A stretch of DNA of 64,000 bases from Octopus vulgaris. Its lineage: Eukaryota. Numbering within the stretch: position 1 is the first letter of the stretch; each line of letters begins with the position of its first letter. The stretch covers positions 160,642,001 to 160,706,000 of the forward strand of contig OX597815.1 of assembly GCA_951406725.2 (NCBI GenBank). The letters run 5' to 3'. The notes below the pieces were generated by a model, which was not told the DNA's origin, did not search any database, and saw only the letters and a program-made list of their open reading frames with translations. The position numbers were made by a program, and so were the translations under genes. Of the stretch, positions 40,186 to 51,138 are shown one piece after another.

Positions 40186-40599
40186 CGCAGGCGTGGCTGT
40201 GTGCTAAGAAGCTTGCTTCTCAACCACATGGTTCTGGGTTCAGTTCCACTGCGTGGCACCTTGGGCAAGTGTCTTCTACTATAGCCTTGGGCCAACCAGG
40301 GCCTTGTGAGCGAATTTGGTAGACGGAAACTGAAAGAAAACCCTCCTGTACACACACACACACGCACATTCCAAGTGTGTGTGAGAGAGGTGGTCTATAA
40401 GTGTACACACACACACACGTGTGTAGAGAAAGAGATAAACAAAGAAAGAACGATAGATATATCAAAACTATAAGCTTATTTTGCATATGTTTACACGTGT
40501 ATGTAACACATTATGAATAAGATACGTCTGTTTATGTGAGGGTGCAAATGTACATATACGCGCCTGTGTATGCAAATGTGTGTGTGTGTGTGTGTGTGT

Positions 40600-41056
40600 G
40601 GCATACCATCGATGGAGATGTTATTCTTCGAATTTACGGAGGTTATTGTCCCCTTTCCCCATTGCGATGTACACCGTGCGTTTGGGGGTTTTACCCAGAC
40701 TTCCTCCCCGACCCGCACGAAGGCGTGCTCTTCCTCTGCCTCGGGTTGCATTGATTTAGTACACGGATGCCTCCACTCGTACCTGAATATTGCTCTGTGT
40801 GGCACCGATTCCTCAGCCTGTCCGGATCGGGGAGACAAGTTGTACCAAAAAACTGCTTCAAGCGGCGAAATGTGCCCTCTTTCCGCTATGGCCTTGACTG
40901 TCCGATGGTGCCTCTCCACGATCCCGTTACCGCCCGGCCTATACGCTGCTCTGAACAAGCGTCGCACGTTCCACCGATCAAGCATAACCACCAATGCTTC
41001 CGAACGAAATGCCGCCCCGTTGTCCATCAGTAGTTCTTCCACGGGACCTCTCTCTA
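40600..41056 (-). pseudogene. Integrase C-terminal half, separated from pol by an apparent 1-bp deletion
   Basis: ERGPVEELLMDNGAAF...YRPGGNGIVERHHRTVK (D..E of DDE); restoring one T in ATATTTTAGAG joins it to pol. Confidence 0.85.
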
Positions 41057-43309
41057 AAATATCCCGTTCAGGATCTGCACGATCTCGTCAGCAATGCCCG
41101 ATCTCAACTCCCTCCAAATGGCCAGCCGGCCCGGCCCACAGTCGACCATGGAGAGGTACGTTCGCTGACGGTAGTGTGTCACATCCACAGCTAGCCTTTT
41201 CCAGTTCTGCTCCACGGAAAGGCTTCCCTGTTCATGCCCACACGGAGCAGGGTCGATGGACTGACACCTGTCGCAGCTCCCGACCACCTTCCGGACGCTT
41301 CTCCTGGTCACGTCAGCATCAATCTTTTTTGCCAGATACAGGGTCCTGTCCACACCCATGTGATGCATAGCGTGCAATTTCTTCAGCTCAGAGTCATCCA
41401 ACCGACACGCCGCAGCTATCCCTCTCCGCGCCTCCTCCGGTTCTTCCAACCACGCCCTTTTCACCCTGGTCAGTACGTCCGCCTTGTTTTTCTCCGAAGG
41501 CACGAAGACCACGTTCAGCTTCAGTCCGAATTCGGCGATCAATTCACCTAGAACTCCTAGACGGCGCTTCACTAACATCTCCGCAGCACCTTTCGTCCGC
41601 ACTCTCCTGTCACCGGTGATCACTGATCCTACCCAGCCAAGCACAGTGGCCGAATCCGTCCGCATTTCAATCGTGCGCAGCCCCCATTTCAAGGCCAAGT
41701 TCACCCCTTTCAGCAGCGCGTCTAGTTCGGCGACATTGATGTGGTTGAAATCATCTGCTTTCCGAAGCCAGGCCGCGTCCTCCACCGCAGTGCCTTCGAT
41801 TGCCAACACCACCCCTATCGCTATACTGCTAGCATCACACCAGACAGTCCCGCATTTCGTCCTGGGCACGTACCAGTTCCCCCTGACCGGGTCTTCCGCT
41901 CTTGTCCTCTCTAGGATCTCCTGCATCATCGCCACCGTCCCTTCTCCCACCTTGTCGCCCCACCTCTCTCCTTCTGCTCGTCTCTTGGTGTAACTACACG
42001 CCGTGCGCAGCCATCCAGCGATCGGGTAGTGACCGACCAACTTCCCACACACCGAGAACAGCTCTCTCCTGCTGACGCTGGAACTCAGCTCTGGGATTTC
42101 ATTTCCTCTCCGGAACACCAATTCACCTGATCTATCTCTTCGCAGCTTCAGCCCCAGCGCGGCTCCCCCTTCAATCGACTCCGGTGGCTTAGCAATCAGT
42201 CCGAACTTCTCCAGATGTCTCACTACCTCGTCGGCTGCCACTACAGTGTCGTCCACCAAAATGTCGTCAATGTAGGAGCTGGTGGCCTTTCTAATCTTGC
42301 CGTCTTTCCCTAGGACGGACCTAAGCACTGCCGCCATGATCTTCGGAGCAGAATTCAGCCCGAAACCCAGCCTGGTTAGACAGTACGTCCGGCCCTTGTA
42401 CCGCACCAGCTGATATCGCCATAGTTTGTCGCTCACATGGAGCTGCAAGTATGCCGATCTCAAGTCGACAATCGTCGCTGCCTCAGTCGACTGTCTCCAC
42501 TTGCGTAATGCCTCACCACAAACGTCTGTCGCCTCACCTCCCGTGTGACACGATATGTGCTGGTTTAGCTCCCTGAAGTCCAGCACCGGTCTGACTTTTC
42601 CCTTCGTAGGCTGCACCACCGCCATCAGGGGTAGCACTCCGCCCGCTACCTCCTCCTTCCAAGGGACAAGGACCCCTTCCTCGATCCACCTCTCCACCTC
42701 GTCTTCAAACTCAACCCTGGCGTGGCCTTTCAGAGTATGCTGGTAACAGCTCACCCTGTTCTCCAGTGTCGGGGGCTCGTCCTTCCATTTCCACTCTATC
42801 GTCCACCGCTGACCATCGAACGCCGCCTGAAAGTCCTTGTCCTCGATGGTGTAAGCGGCGCCGTCCCTCGCGGGGCTCTGCTCCCTCTGGTGATCCTGAC
42901 TCGCAGTGCACGACGCCCCCACGCTTCCGAACGTGACCTTATTTCCCACAACGCTGACGCCACCGAGGCAGTTGATGGCGTCCATCCCCATCACCACATC
43001 AACTCCATTTATCACGCGTTCGGCCACAATTGCCTGTAGCCTTAGTGTCGCGCCGCGCACCACTATCTCTACCGTGCTGCTGCCTCTGCAACGGATTTCG
43101 CTGCCGTCGACCGCCCGGACACTACACACCCCGTTCCATTCCTTCGTCACCCTCGAAGTCACCAGGGTGGTCGTACAGCCCGTATCCACAAGGGCCTTGA
43201 ACGTCTCCCCCTCGGCCTCCACGTCAATCACTGGCAGTGTCTCCAATAGCGCCTCTACTCGTTTGAGGGGAAAGTTCGAGAGGCAGCAACTTCCCCGCGG
43301 TCGTTTCCC
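41054..43309 (-). CDS. pol: pol polyprotein (aspartic protease, RT, RNase H, integrase N-part), entered by -1 frameshift
   Basis: LVDTG; VLDFRELN, DLRSAYLQ, FGLNSAP, YIDD; DASS..HINVAEL..TDS..NKADVLTR; H..H..CDRC and VDVT. Confidence 0.9.
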   Translation of the reverse strand, partial: GKRPRGSCCLSNFPLKRVEALLETLPVIDVEAEGETFKALVDTGCTTTLVTSRVTKEWNGVCSVRAVDGSEIRCRGSSTVEIVVRGATLRLQAIVAERVINGVDVVMGMDAINCLGGVSVVGNKVTFGSVGASCTASQDHQREQSPARDGAAYTIEDKDFQAAFDGQRWTIEWKWKDEPPTLENRVSCYQHTLKGHARVEFEDEVERWIEEGVLVPWKEEVAGGVLPLMAVVQPTKGKVRPVLDFRELNQHISCHTGGEATDVCGEALRKWRQSTEAATIVDLRSAYLQLHVSDKLWRYQLVRYKGRTYCLTRLGFGLNSAPKIMAAVLRSVLGKDGKIRKATSSYIDDILVDDTVVAADEVVRHLEKFGLIAKPPESIEGGAALGLKLRRDRSGELVFRRGNEIPELSSSVSRRELFSVCGKLVGHYPIAGWLRTACSYTKRRAEGERWGDKVGEGTVAMMQEILERTRAEDPVRGNWYVPRTKCGTVWCDASSIAIGVVLAIEGTAVEDAAWLRKADDFNHINVAELDALLKGVNLALKWGLRTIEMRTDSATVLGWVGSVITGDRRVRTKGAAEMLVKRRLGVLGELIAEFGLKLNVVFVPSEKNKADVLTRVKRAWLEEPEEARRGIAAACRLDDSELKKLHAMHHMGVDRTLYLAKKIDADVTRRSVRKVVGSCDRCQSIDPAPCGHEQGSLSVEQNWKRLAVDVTHYRQRTYLSMVDCGPGRLAIWRELRSGIADEIVQILNGIF

Positions 43310-44019
43310 TGGCCGCAATCACGGGCAATGTGCCCTGTCTGCCTGCATCGATAGCAAACTGGCCCCGGCTGCGTACAGTCCCGCGCCATGTGCGGTCCCT
43401 GGCATTTAGGACATCGTCCTGAGAACGGCCGCTCTCGTTGCACGGTGGGCTTCCGTACCTCTTTCTCGGGACGTCGTCCGTCTTTACGCGCCTCCGTCAC
43501 CGCCATCGCTATCCCCTTCCGCCCCGAGTGTCTCATCAACCCGCGAGCATGAGTTACAAGCTCGCTCAATGGCATCTTTTTGACCCCGGGCAGTTGTTGT
43601 AGGTGAATCCCTACATCATCGGGGAACCCATTTACGAATGCCAGTCGGGCTGCTCTCTCCAGTCCTTCTCCGGCAAACCCGGCCAGAGTCGCTAGCCTTC
43701 TAGCTTCCGCCGCAAAATCATCCACCTGGCCTCCCGTCCACCTGATTGCACCCAGCTTAGCGAAAGCTGTGTACTCGCATTCCGTGTATGCGTCACACAA
43801 GCGCCGCTCTATATTCCCATCGCAGAGCCGTTCTTTTTCGTCCATTTCTAGGTAAAGCGACAACGCACTTCCTTCCAAATACAGGGCCATAAGACTCGCC
43901 ACGTCGCTTATGCCCTGCAGTCTCGCCACCAGCCTGATTTTCTGAATCCAGGCCACTACATCGCCTTCGCCGTTAAAAGGTCTGACGACGTCACTGGCGA
44001 TCCTAATTTTTGCCGACAT
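43255..44019 (-). CDS. gag: gag with two CCHC zinc knuckles (254 aa)
   Basis: ATG at 44019; CPKCQGPHMARDC and CYRCRQTGHIARDC. Confidence 0.9.
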   Translation of the reverse strand: MSAKIRIASDVVRPFNGEGDVVAWIQKIRLVARLQGISDVASLMALYLEGSALSLYLEMDEKERLCDGNIERRLCDAYTECEYTAFAKLGAIRWTGGQVDDFAAEARRLATLAGFAGEGLERAARLAFVNGFPDDVGIHLQQLPGVKKMPLSELVTHARGLMRHSGRKGIAMAVTEARKDGRRPEKEVRKPTVQRERPFSGRCPKCQGPHMARDCTQPGPVCYRCRQTGHIARDCGQGNDRGEVAASRTFPSNE

Positions 44020-44051
44020 CGTGTTGAAAAAAATGTGAACGCTGACTAAAT

Positions 44052-44063
44052 GCCGAAATAGCT
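44052..44063 (-). promoter_or_regulatory. Primer-binding site complementary to tRNA-Phe(GAA) nt 1-12
   Basis: AGCTATTTCGGC directly abuts the LTR; its complement GCCGAAATAGCT is the 5' end of human/Drosophila tRNA-Phe. Confidence 0.75.
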
Positions 44064-44332
44064 TGTGGTTGATGAAAGGAGCACAACGGAACAAGGAAAT
44101 AGGAAACAGAAGTGCAATAGGGTCTTACCTGACAGGGGATGAAGTCGGATGGCCTTCAGCCAACTTGCTCGCGTGTTGTCGTCTCGGTGCCTTGCTGGGG
44201 TCTGTCGCAACCGGTCGATGCCGCACGGGCGTTGAGTCTGTCGCTTCCGCTTCCGCCGGCGCATGCGCCCTGCAAGACCTGTAAGCATCACTTCCGCTCC
44301 CGCCCGTCCCGTCACACTCCTTCATCACCACA
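44064..44332 (-). repeat. 5' LTR (269 bp)
   Basis: TG...CA termini with inverted ends TGTGGTGATGAAGGA / TCCTTTCATCAACCACA; located just upstream of gag. Confidence 0.8.
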
Positions 44333-44456
44333 CCACACCTTTTATCGGTTACTTGTCTTAGTCATTAAACTACGGCCATGCTGGAACACCACTTTGAAGA
44401 ATTCTAGTCGAACGAATCGATCCTAGTACTTATGTTAAACGTGCTATTTATTCTAT

Positions 44457-44685
44457 GGCGGCGAGCTGGCAGAATCGTAAGCACGCCGGGCGAAATGCGT
44501 AACCGTATTTCGTCTGCCATTACGTTCTGAGTTCAAATTCCGCCGAGGTCGACTTTGCCTTTCATTCTTTTCGGGGTCCGATAAATAAAGTAGCAGTTTT
44601 GCACTGGGGTCGATGTAATCGACTTAATCCTTTTGTCTTTGTTTGTCCCCACTATGTTTAGCCTCTTGTGAGCAATAAAGAAATA
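44457..44685 (+). mobile_element. SINE family A copy inserted in a family B tail
   Basis: Full head and body; flanked by TATTTATTCTAT duplication. Confidence 0.85.
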
Positions 44686-45514
44686 TATTTATTCTATCGG
44701 TACGTCTTTAACCAACTGCTGAGTTACGTGGTTGTTAAGAGGTGGTGGGGGGAACGCACACATACACACACACTCACCTTTTTTGTCTCTGTTGTCTCAA
44801 TGTTTTAATATCTTCATAGGTGTACGTGTGCACCTACGGTGTATGTGTGTGTAAGCAAATGTAGCTATTGACTCACTCCATTGGCATCTTTATCTCGTGC
44901 GTGTGTATGCATGCTCTGGATTTTGGCCTTCAATTCACAAGCATCTCCCTCATCAATACTGACTGGGGCGAGGAAGATGGATTCTTTTTTTAGACAGCTC
45001 ATTCTAATCAATTTAGTACCACCTCCGAACACTCACACATTTGACATTTCCAACATTTTTAGTACTGTTTCTTTTGTTCATCTTTAGTCCCATGATCAAA
45101 AGCATTCCAGCCGATCTTGCTCCGCCTTTTAACCAGATACAGTATATGTGTCTCTAGATCTACATTAAAATTACGGGTTTTTGTTTTTTTGTTTTTAAGA
45201 AAGGATGATACATGATAAGAGGAGTAACATGGTTGTTTTATCTAGCGGATCGAGCGACCATGTAAAGACTCTATTATTGACTAATACTACTTCTTTTACA
45301 AGAACAAAATAGAGTGAACAATAGTAATATTTGAAAGGGATTTGACAGCTAGAAATAGCAGTCAAATGTCCCTTCAATCATCGTCTTAATAAGTTCATCT
45401 TGGGTAATGAATGTGGTCTTTAAAACAATATGTCTGAATAAATGACAGGGGGATACTCCTTGAAGCGTCTTTGATCGTACGTCTGCTGAATTAATCAGGC
45501 TGACCCATTTCATT

Positions 45515-46130
45515 TCTACCATAAGCACAAGGCCAGATATTTTTTGGGGAAAGGGGCTAGTTGATTACATCGAGCCTAGTGCTCAACTGTAACTTATTTT
45601 ACTGAACCCGAAAAGGGGAAAGGCAAAGACAACAGAATTTGAACTCAGAACGAACTGCTGCTAAGCATGGCGCGCTATCCTATCCTATCAGCACGCCGTC
45701 TTCTGTAAAGCTATAATATCCTTTTTGCTATAGGCACAAAGCCTGAAATTTTGGAAAAGGGTTTGGGGTAAATTACATTGACTCCAGTACTTGACTGGTA
45801 CTTATGTTATTTCTTCACTGCCCACAAGGGGCTACACACAGAGGGGGCAAACAAGGATAGACAAACGGATTAAGTCGATTATATCGACTCCAGTGCGTAA
45901 CTAGTACTTATTTAATCGACCCCGAAAAGATGAAAGCAAAGTCGACCTCAGAATTTCAACTCAGAACGTAACGGCAGACAAAATACCGCTAAGCATTTCA
46001 TCCAGCGTGCTAGCGTTTCTGCCAGCTCGCCGCCTTTTGACTGGTACTAATCTAACCGACCCCTAAAGGGTGAAAGGCAAAGTTGACCTCTGCGGAATTT
46101 GAACTCAGAACATAAAGACGGACAAAATGC
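45515..46130 (-). mobile_element. Cluster of nested SINE family A copies
   Basis: Repeated AGGCAAAGTTGACCTC..GAATTTGAACTCAGAAC units. Confidence 0.75.
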
Positions 46131-47669
46131 CATTAATCATTGTGAGCGTGATAATGAGTATGGCAGAAGGCCACTTGTCCTGGCATACAACCGCTTCTGG
46201 ACGAAATCAATTGTATTCAGGTTCTGGAGAGGGTTGAGCATCGCCAGGTTTAAATTCCCGAGTTACATCGTATGTTGCAACTTCGTTTCTACTATTTCAT
46301 CAGGAAATGAGGAATGAAGGCAAGGCAACTTAGAATACCTAATGTCTTTCGTTCAGCCTCGGAGTGCTCCGAGTTCAAATTCCGCCGAAGTCATCTTTAC
46401 ATGCCAACCTTTCGTGCTCGAGACTGACGGAGAATCTAACACAAAGGTTTGTTTATGAGAAAATTGGTCAGCTAATTCTAGCTAATCGAGGAACGGAACC
46501 AAATGGAATGCTCCTTCGCGGTTCCTGAAACAAGTTGTTTAACCCAAGGTCCGACATGATGCAGCAAAAACGTGATTAGATGCGTTCGGCCGTAGTGAAA
46601 CTCGGACTACATTATACCATCATATCTCTCCTCATTTTTAAGCGTTTAGAGTAGGTATGGGCAACCATTTTCGAGAAACGTGTAGCGTGAGACATTACTC
46701 CTTATCAGGCATTACTAAATACAAAAAAAAATTAATAAATTTCAAGTTAATTTTTCATTAGGCGTGCCATTCAGAAAGTCCTGCAGGTCGCAGTTTGTTC
46801 TTGACTGCTTCAAAATAGGGTTTTTTGCGGCGGTGGGGGTGGTGGATTTAATTGTATGTCGAGCGAAGAGTAATAATGCAACATTCCATCAGTTTGTTAA
46901 CGTTTAAGATCTATGGATTGCTGTAAATTTGGAATAAAATACTAAAAAGTCAAGCGAACACGTACAAGACTTCTCCGGAGAGTGGTGAAATAAACTATAG
47001 ACACGAACAACAAACATCAACAGAGCTAGATGTTTTAAAACATATTGTTCTGAATCTTACTCCATGACCGCCAGCCACCATTAAACCTTCCTCCCCCCAT
47101 TCCTTGGGAATAAGCTATTATCAAAGCAGAGAACAGGCTTTGTGCTAGCAATTTTGCAACAGATTAAAATTCGCTTAAGTTACGTATCACCTACGAATTG
47201 CGTGGTTGAGTTTAACCGGACAATGATTCAAAACGTAAAATATTGGAATAAATATTCATTTGAAAATTTGGCACAAGGCCAGCAATTTTGTGGCAGTGGT
47301 TATGTCGATTACATCGACCCCAGTGCTTAAGTGGTACTTATTTTGAATTCCAAAGGGATTAAAAGCAAAGTTGACCTCTGCGGCATTTTGATAATAGAAA
47401 AAAAATTACTTCAACAAGGAAACAAAGAAAAATAAAAGGGATGGGGGTTAAGCTGCAAAAGATGGTCGAGGAACGAGTAACAGATTGTACTCCCCAGTGC
47501 AAATGGGGTGCTCAGCCATGTCTCCTAAACATAACATATTGCCGCAAAGTATAGTCAGCAACACTCACTGCAACAGGCACTCCACTTTGAGTGGCTCTTC
47601 TAAGAGAAACCACTGTTATCCTGATTTTTGCAGTGTATATTTCGTTTGTCACTGTTGTAGTGATACTAT

Positions 47670-48198
47670 AACGGCGCGCGCTCGCGCACCGTCCATTTGT
47701 ATTTCGCGCGTGTTGGTGCCTTTACCAAGGCAGAGAGAGGAAGGGCCCTCTCGCGCATGCGCGAACCACCGGAAGCACGACCCTTTTGCTACGTGGTAGT
47801 TAGCCAAGGCAAGGGGGTCGTAGAACGTTTGACCGCTGGCAGCAGCAGCGGCGACTTGGGACAGCAGCGATTGAAGGAGACGGTCACGCATATTTTCTCT
47901 CCGTTCGAACTTGCTTCTAGCAGTCCTTACCAAAAGGCCTTTAACCTGGATTGTTGCAGACATCATCTTCTTCCTTCGGACGCCATTTTGACCCGTTCTG
48001 TTTTGGCGGCTGAACATTGTAAATATTACAATCGATTAACTTTCAGCCTTGCGCGCCCAGAACCAAGGACATCAGATAACACACTTATTGTTAATGTTAC
48101 CAAGAAAGAGAATAAAGTAGTATATATATATTTTACGTCTGCGTCTTGTTGTTTCTGACTGGTAGAATTCTGGATTATTAAAGCAACGGCTAGTGAGT
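47670..48198 (+). promoter_or_regulatory. CpG-rich promoter and probable non-coding first exon
   Basis: GCGCATGCGC 47753-47762, CCGGAAG 47769-47775, CGCCATTTTG 47981-47990, unique CpG-rich sequence, donor-like GTGAGT at 48193. Confidence 0.6.
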
Positions 48199-48284
48199 GA
48201 TTGCTTTCTTGTACCCCGAAAGTACAAGAGAAGATATTCACATACTAAGCTAGTTACACTGTTATTTATGACGCTCATGCGTTT

Positions 48285-48710
48285 GTACTGGTTTTAGGGT
48301 TAGGTTTAGGGTTTTAGAGTTAGAGTTATGGAAAAAATGAAAAATGAAGCACGAACGATTATTGCGGCGCCATGAAGTAAACAAGGTTTCAAATACACTC
48401 GTTTATTCATACAATAACTGAGATGAAATATGTCATAAATAACAGTGACAAACGAAATATACACCGCCGGAAGTTGTTGTTGATAAACAACAGCAGTAAT
48501 TTTATTCAGCTGAATACACGTCATTGATAGGTTGAAATTACCGAAATACGACAACTTTAAAACAAAATAACTTCGTAAATATTAACTTTTCTCAAAAACG
48601 CTAAGAGTAAAAGATATTTTATATGACACATTCTACCAGTATACAAAGTTTGAAAGTGTTTAGTTACAAAAAATTATTTTCTAAATCTGTCGGTCAAAAG
48701 GTAAAGATCC
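48285..48710 (-). mobile_element. Truncated relative of the 4980-5388 MITE
   Basis: Ends ..AAAGATCC; CACATTCTACCAGTATACAAAGTTT shared in reverse orientation; degenerate TTAGGG run at 48290-48325. Confidence 0.65.
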
Positions 48711-49219
48711 GATCACTGTAAATGAAAGCTATTTGGCAATTTACCCATTACTAGACAGATGGTGGGAGCCACCGCTCTCAAGGAATATACATTACGAGCT
48801 TTCAGTCAATTATATTGATCTCAATACCAATGGACCTTGGAAGATGAGGGGTTAAAAAATACTCCATGAAATATGAACTCCAAATAAAAAGAGTGGAAAA
48901 ATAATACCCCAAGACATTTTGTTGAACGATCTAACGCAGTTTTGCCTAATCTTTAGTTAGTCCGACATTCTCTACACCAACTGGCATCCCTCGTTAATTA
49001 TTCCATGGTTGTATTCAAAGGTAGGTGAAGTCTAATCATTTGACTGCGTAATTAAATTTCATGGTCATTACTGTGATTACGTTCATTATCCACCAAATAA
49101 TATAAAAATATAAGTTTTAGTTATTGCTTCCGTAATACTTTTCCAGTATCTTCCTGTACATACTAAAAGTATTTGAGTCTTACTCTGTAAAGAGATATTT
49201 GATGAAATAATATATATAT

Positions 49220-50085
49220 ATGCTGAAAAATTCCAGGCCCTGCGCTACCAGCATCCAAAACTGAATATTAAACTTACAGGATACACCGGTCCACAGGGAA
49301 TTTCAATCCCAGAGCCTAAGTCTGTGAGGGACCTGGGTATCGACATGAGTGATGATACCTCTTTCCAAGTGCACATTACCAGGATGGCGACAAAGTGCAG
49401 ACGACTGGCTGGGTGGATCCTAAGAGCATTCAGAACCAGAGATAAGGAAACTATGATGGTCCTCTGGCGGACATTCGTCCTCAGTTGCCTGGATTACTGC
49501 TCACAGCTATGGTCACCCACCAGAGTAAAATTAACAGCGGACCTTGAAGCAATCCAGAGAAGATTCACAAAGAAGATCGTCTCTTTGTAACAGCTCAGCT
49601 ACTGGGAAAGGTTGAAACAGCTAAGACTCTACTCCCTGGAGAGAAGACGGGAGAGGTATGTAGTGATATATGTCTGGAAGATCCTGGAAGGAATTGTGCC
49701 AAATTTTGGCATTGTAAGCTACACCAATGCTAGAACGGGACGACACTGCATAGTGCCAAAGATCCCAGCAATGCCATCACGCTTCAAGACCAGCTTCTGC
49801 AACAGCCTGGGTTTCAAGGGCCCACAGCTTTTTAATATTCTCCCAAAGAGTCTAAGGAACTTGCACAAAGTAGATGTAGCGGTTTTTAAATCAAAGCTGG
49901 ACACCTTCCTGTCAAGAGTCCCAGATGAACCTACCTCACGGCAAGAGGTGCAAATGAGAGTAGCTGTATCAAACTCCATTCTTCACCAAGTGCCACATAT
50001 TAGACGAGGTTCGTCGTAATAACAGTGTAGCACAAAACGGCGGTGCATCAGCATGGCCGCAGCTCTGAGCTGAAACTAAAAAAAA
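49220..50085 (+). mobile_element. 5'-truncated CR1-like LINE (RT C-terminus, 3' UTR, A tail)
   Basis: AEKFQ..VRDLGI..LDYCSQLWSP..LEAIQRRFTK..LYSLERRRERY..GPQLFNILP; one in-frame stop at 49588. Confidence 0.9.
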
Positions 50086-50129
50086 TATATATATATACAT
50101 ATTTATGTATATATATGTATGTATGTATG

Positions 50130-50460
50130 GAGTTTTAGCTGAAGAAATTAACCTCAGGACTGATTCTTTGTAACCCTGCTACTTATTCTATCAGCTTCTT
50201 TTGCTGAACCGCTAAGTTACAGAGACATTAACACACTAACATCAGTCGTCAAGCGATGGTAAGGGGACAGACGCAGACGCACACACGTGAATATATATAT
50301 ACAATGGGGTTCTTTCAGTTTCCGTCTACCAAATCCACTCACAGGGCTTGGTTGGCCTGAGGCTATTGTTGAAGACACTTGCCCAAGGTGTCATGCAGTG
50401 GTACTGAACCTGGAACCATGTGGCAGAGAAACAAGCTTCTTACCCCACAGCCAAGCCTGT
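50130..50460 (-). mobile_element. SINE family B copy (degenerate)
   Basis: CTTTCAGTTTCCGTCTACCAAATCCACTCAC..CACTTGCCCAAGGTG. Confidence 0.8.
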
Positions 50461-50953
50461 GCTTATCCATGGTTTATTTTTTTTTTGAAAATAAATTCTT
50501 CATATTTTTGCAATGCATGTTGGTACATATTACCGGACACTTTCCAGAAATTACTGTTCTCTGCATGCTTTCAACCAGCTAGGAAAACTGCCTTGATAAT
50601 AAAAAGAAATAAAACGTGTGTATTATACAGTATAATCCTAGATTTACAATAAAATGGGATATTTACAGCTGGAATGCCTTTGATTATAGGTTTGCTTGAT
50701 CAGGGTTGACTTGGAGCTTTACAACAGTTTGATTGGTTTCAACCAAGTTGTTTACGTAATAAACTCGTTGCCGGGTGGAGTGTATTTGTGCCTGTGTATT
50801 AATGTGAGGGTGCATAAGTGACTGTGTGCGTATGTGTGTGTGTGTGTGTTAGTGTGAGATTGTGCATGAATGTACGTAATGAATGAATCCATGTGAATTG
50901 ATTTCTATGTTTGTGTAACTAAGTGTATAATGTGTGTGTCTGTGTGTGTGTGC

Positions 50954-51023
<70 letters not shown>

Positions 51024-51138
51024 ATGTGTGTATGTGTATACATATAAATTCATACCCACTTAAACATGGATAGCGCTGTTTGAACAAACTATACTGTGGT
51101 AATTACCATGAGAGAATACTGCCCCTGTCGTTAAAATT

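Larger units (their letters stand above)
40600..44332 (-). mobile_element. Nearly intact LTR retrotransposon (gag, PR-RT-RH-IN), 3' end lost; probably the atypical Troyka-like lineage rather than ordinary Gypsy
   Basis: 5' LTR, PBS, gag, pol in Gypsy domain order; markedly GC-richer than flanks; ends in (CA)n at ~40600. Confidence 0.9.

Noticed and set aside
40570-43409. Plus-strand ORFs of 100-266 aa
   Set aside because: Antisense shadows of the GC-rich gag/pol
47697-48158. 153-aa ORF (and antisense 122-aa ORF) over the promoter island
   Set aside because: Non-ATG start, no recognisable domain; GC-rich promoter/UTR sequence commonly stays open
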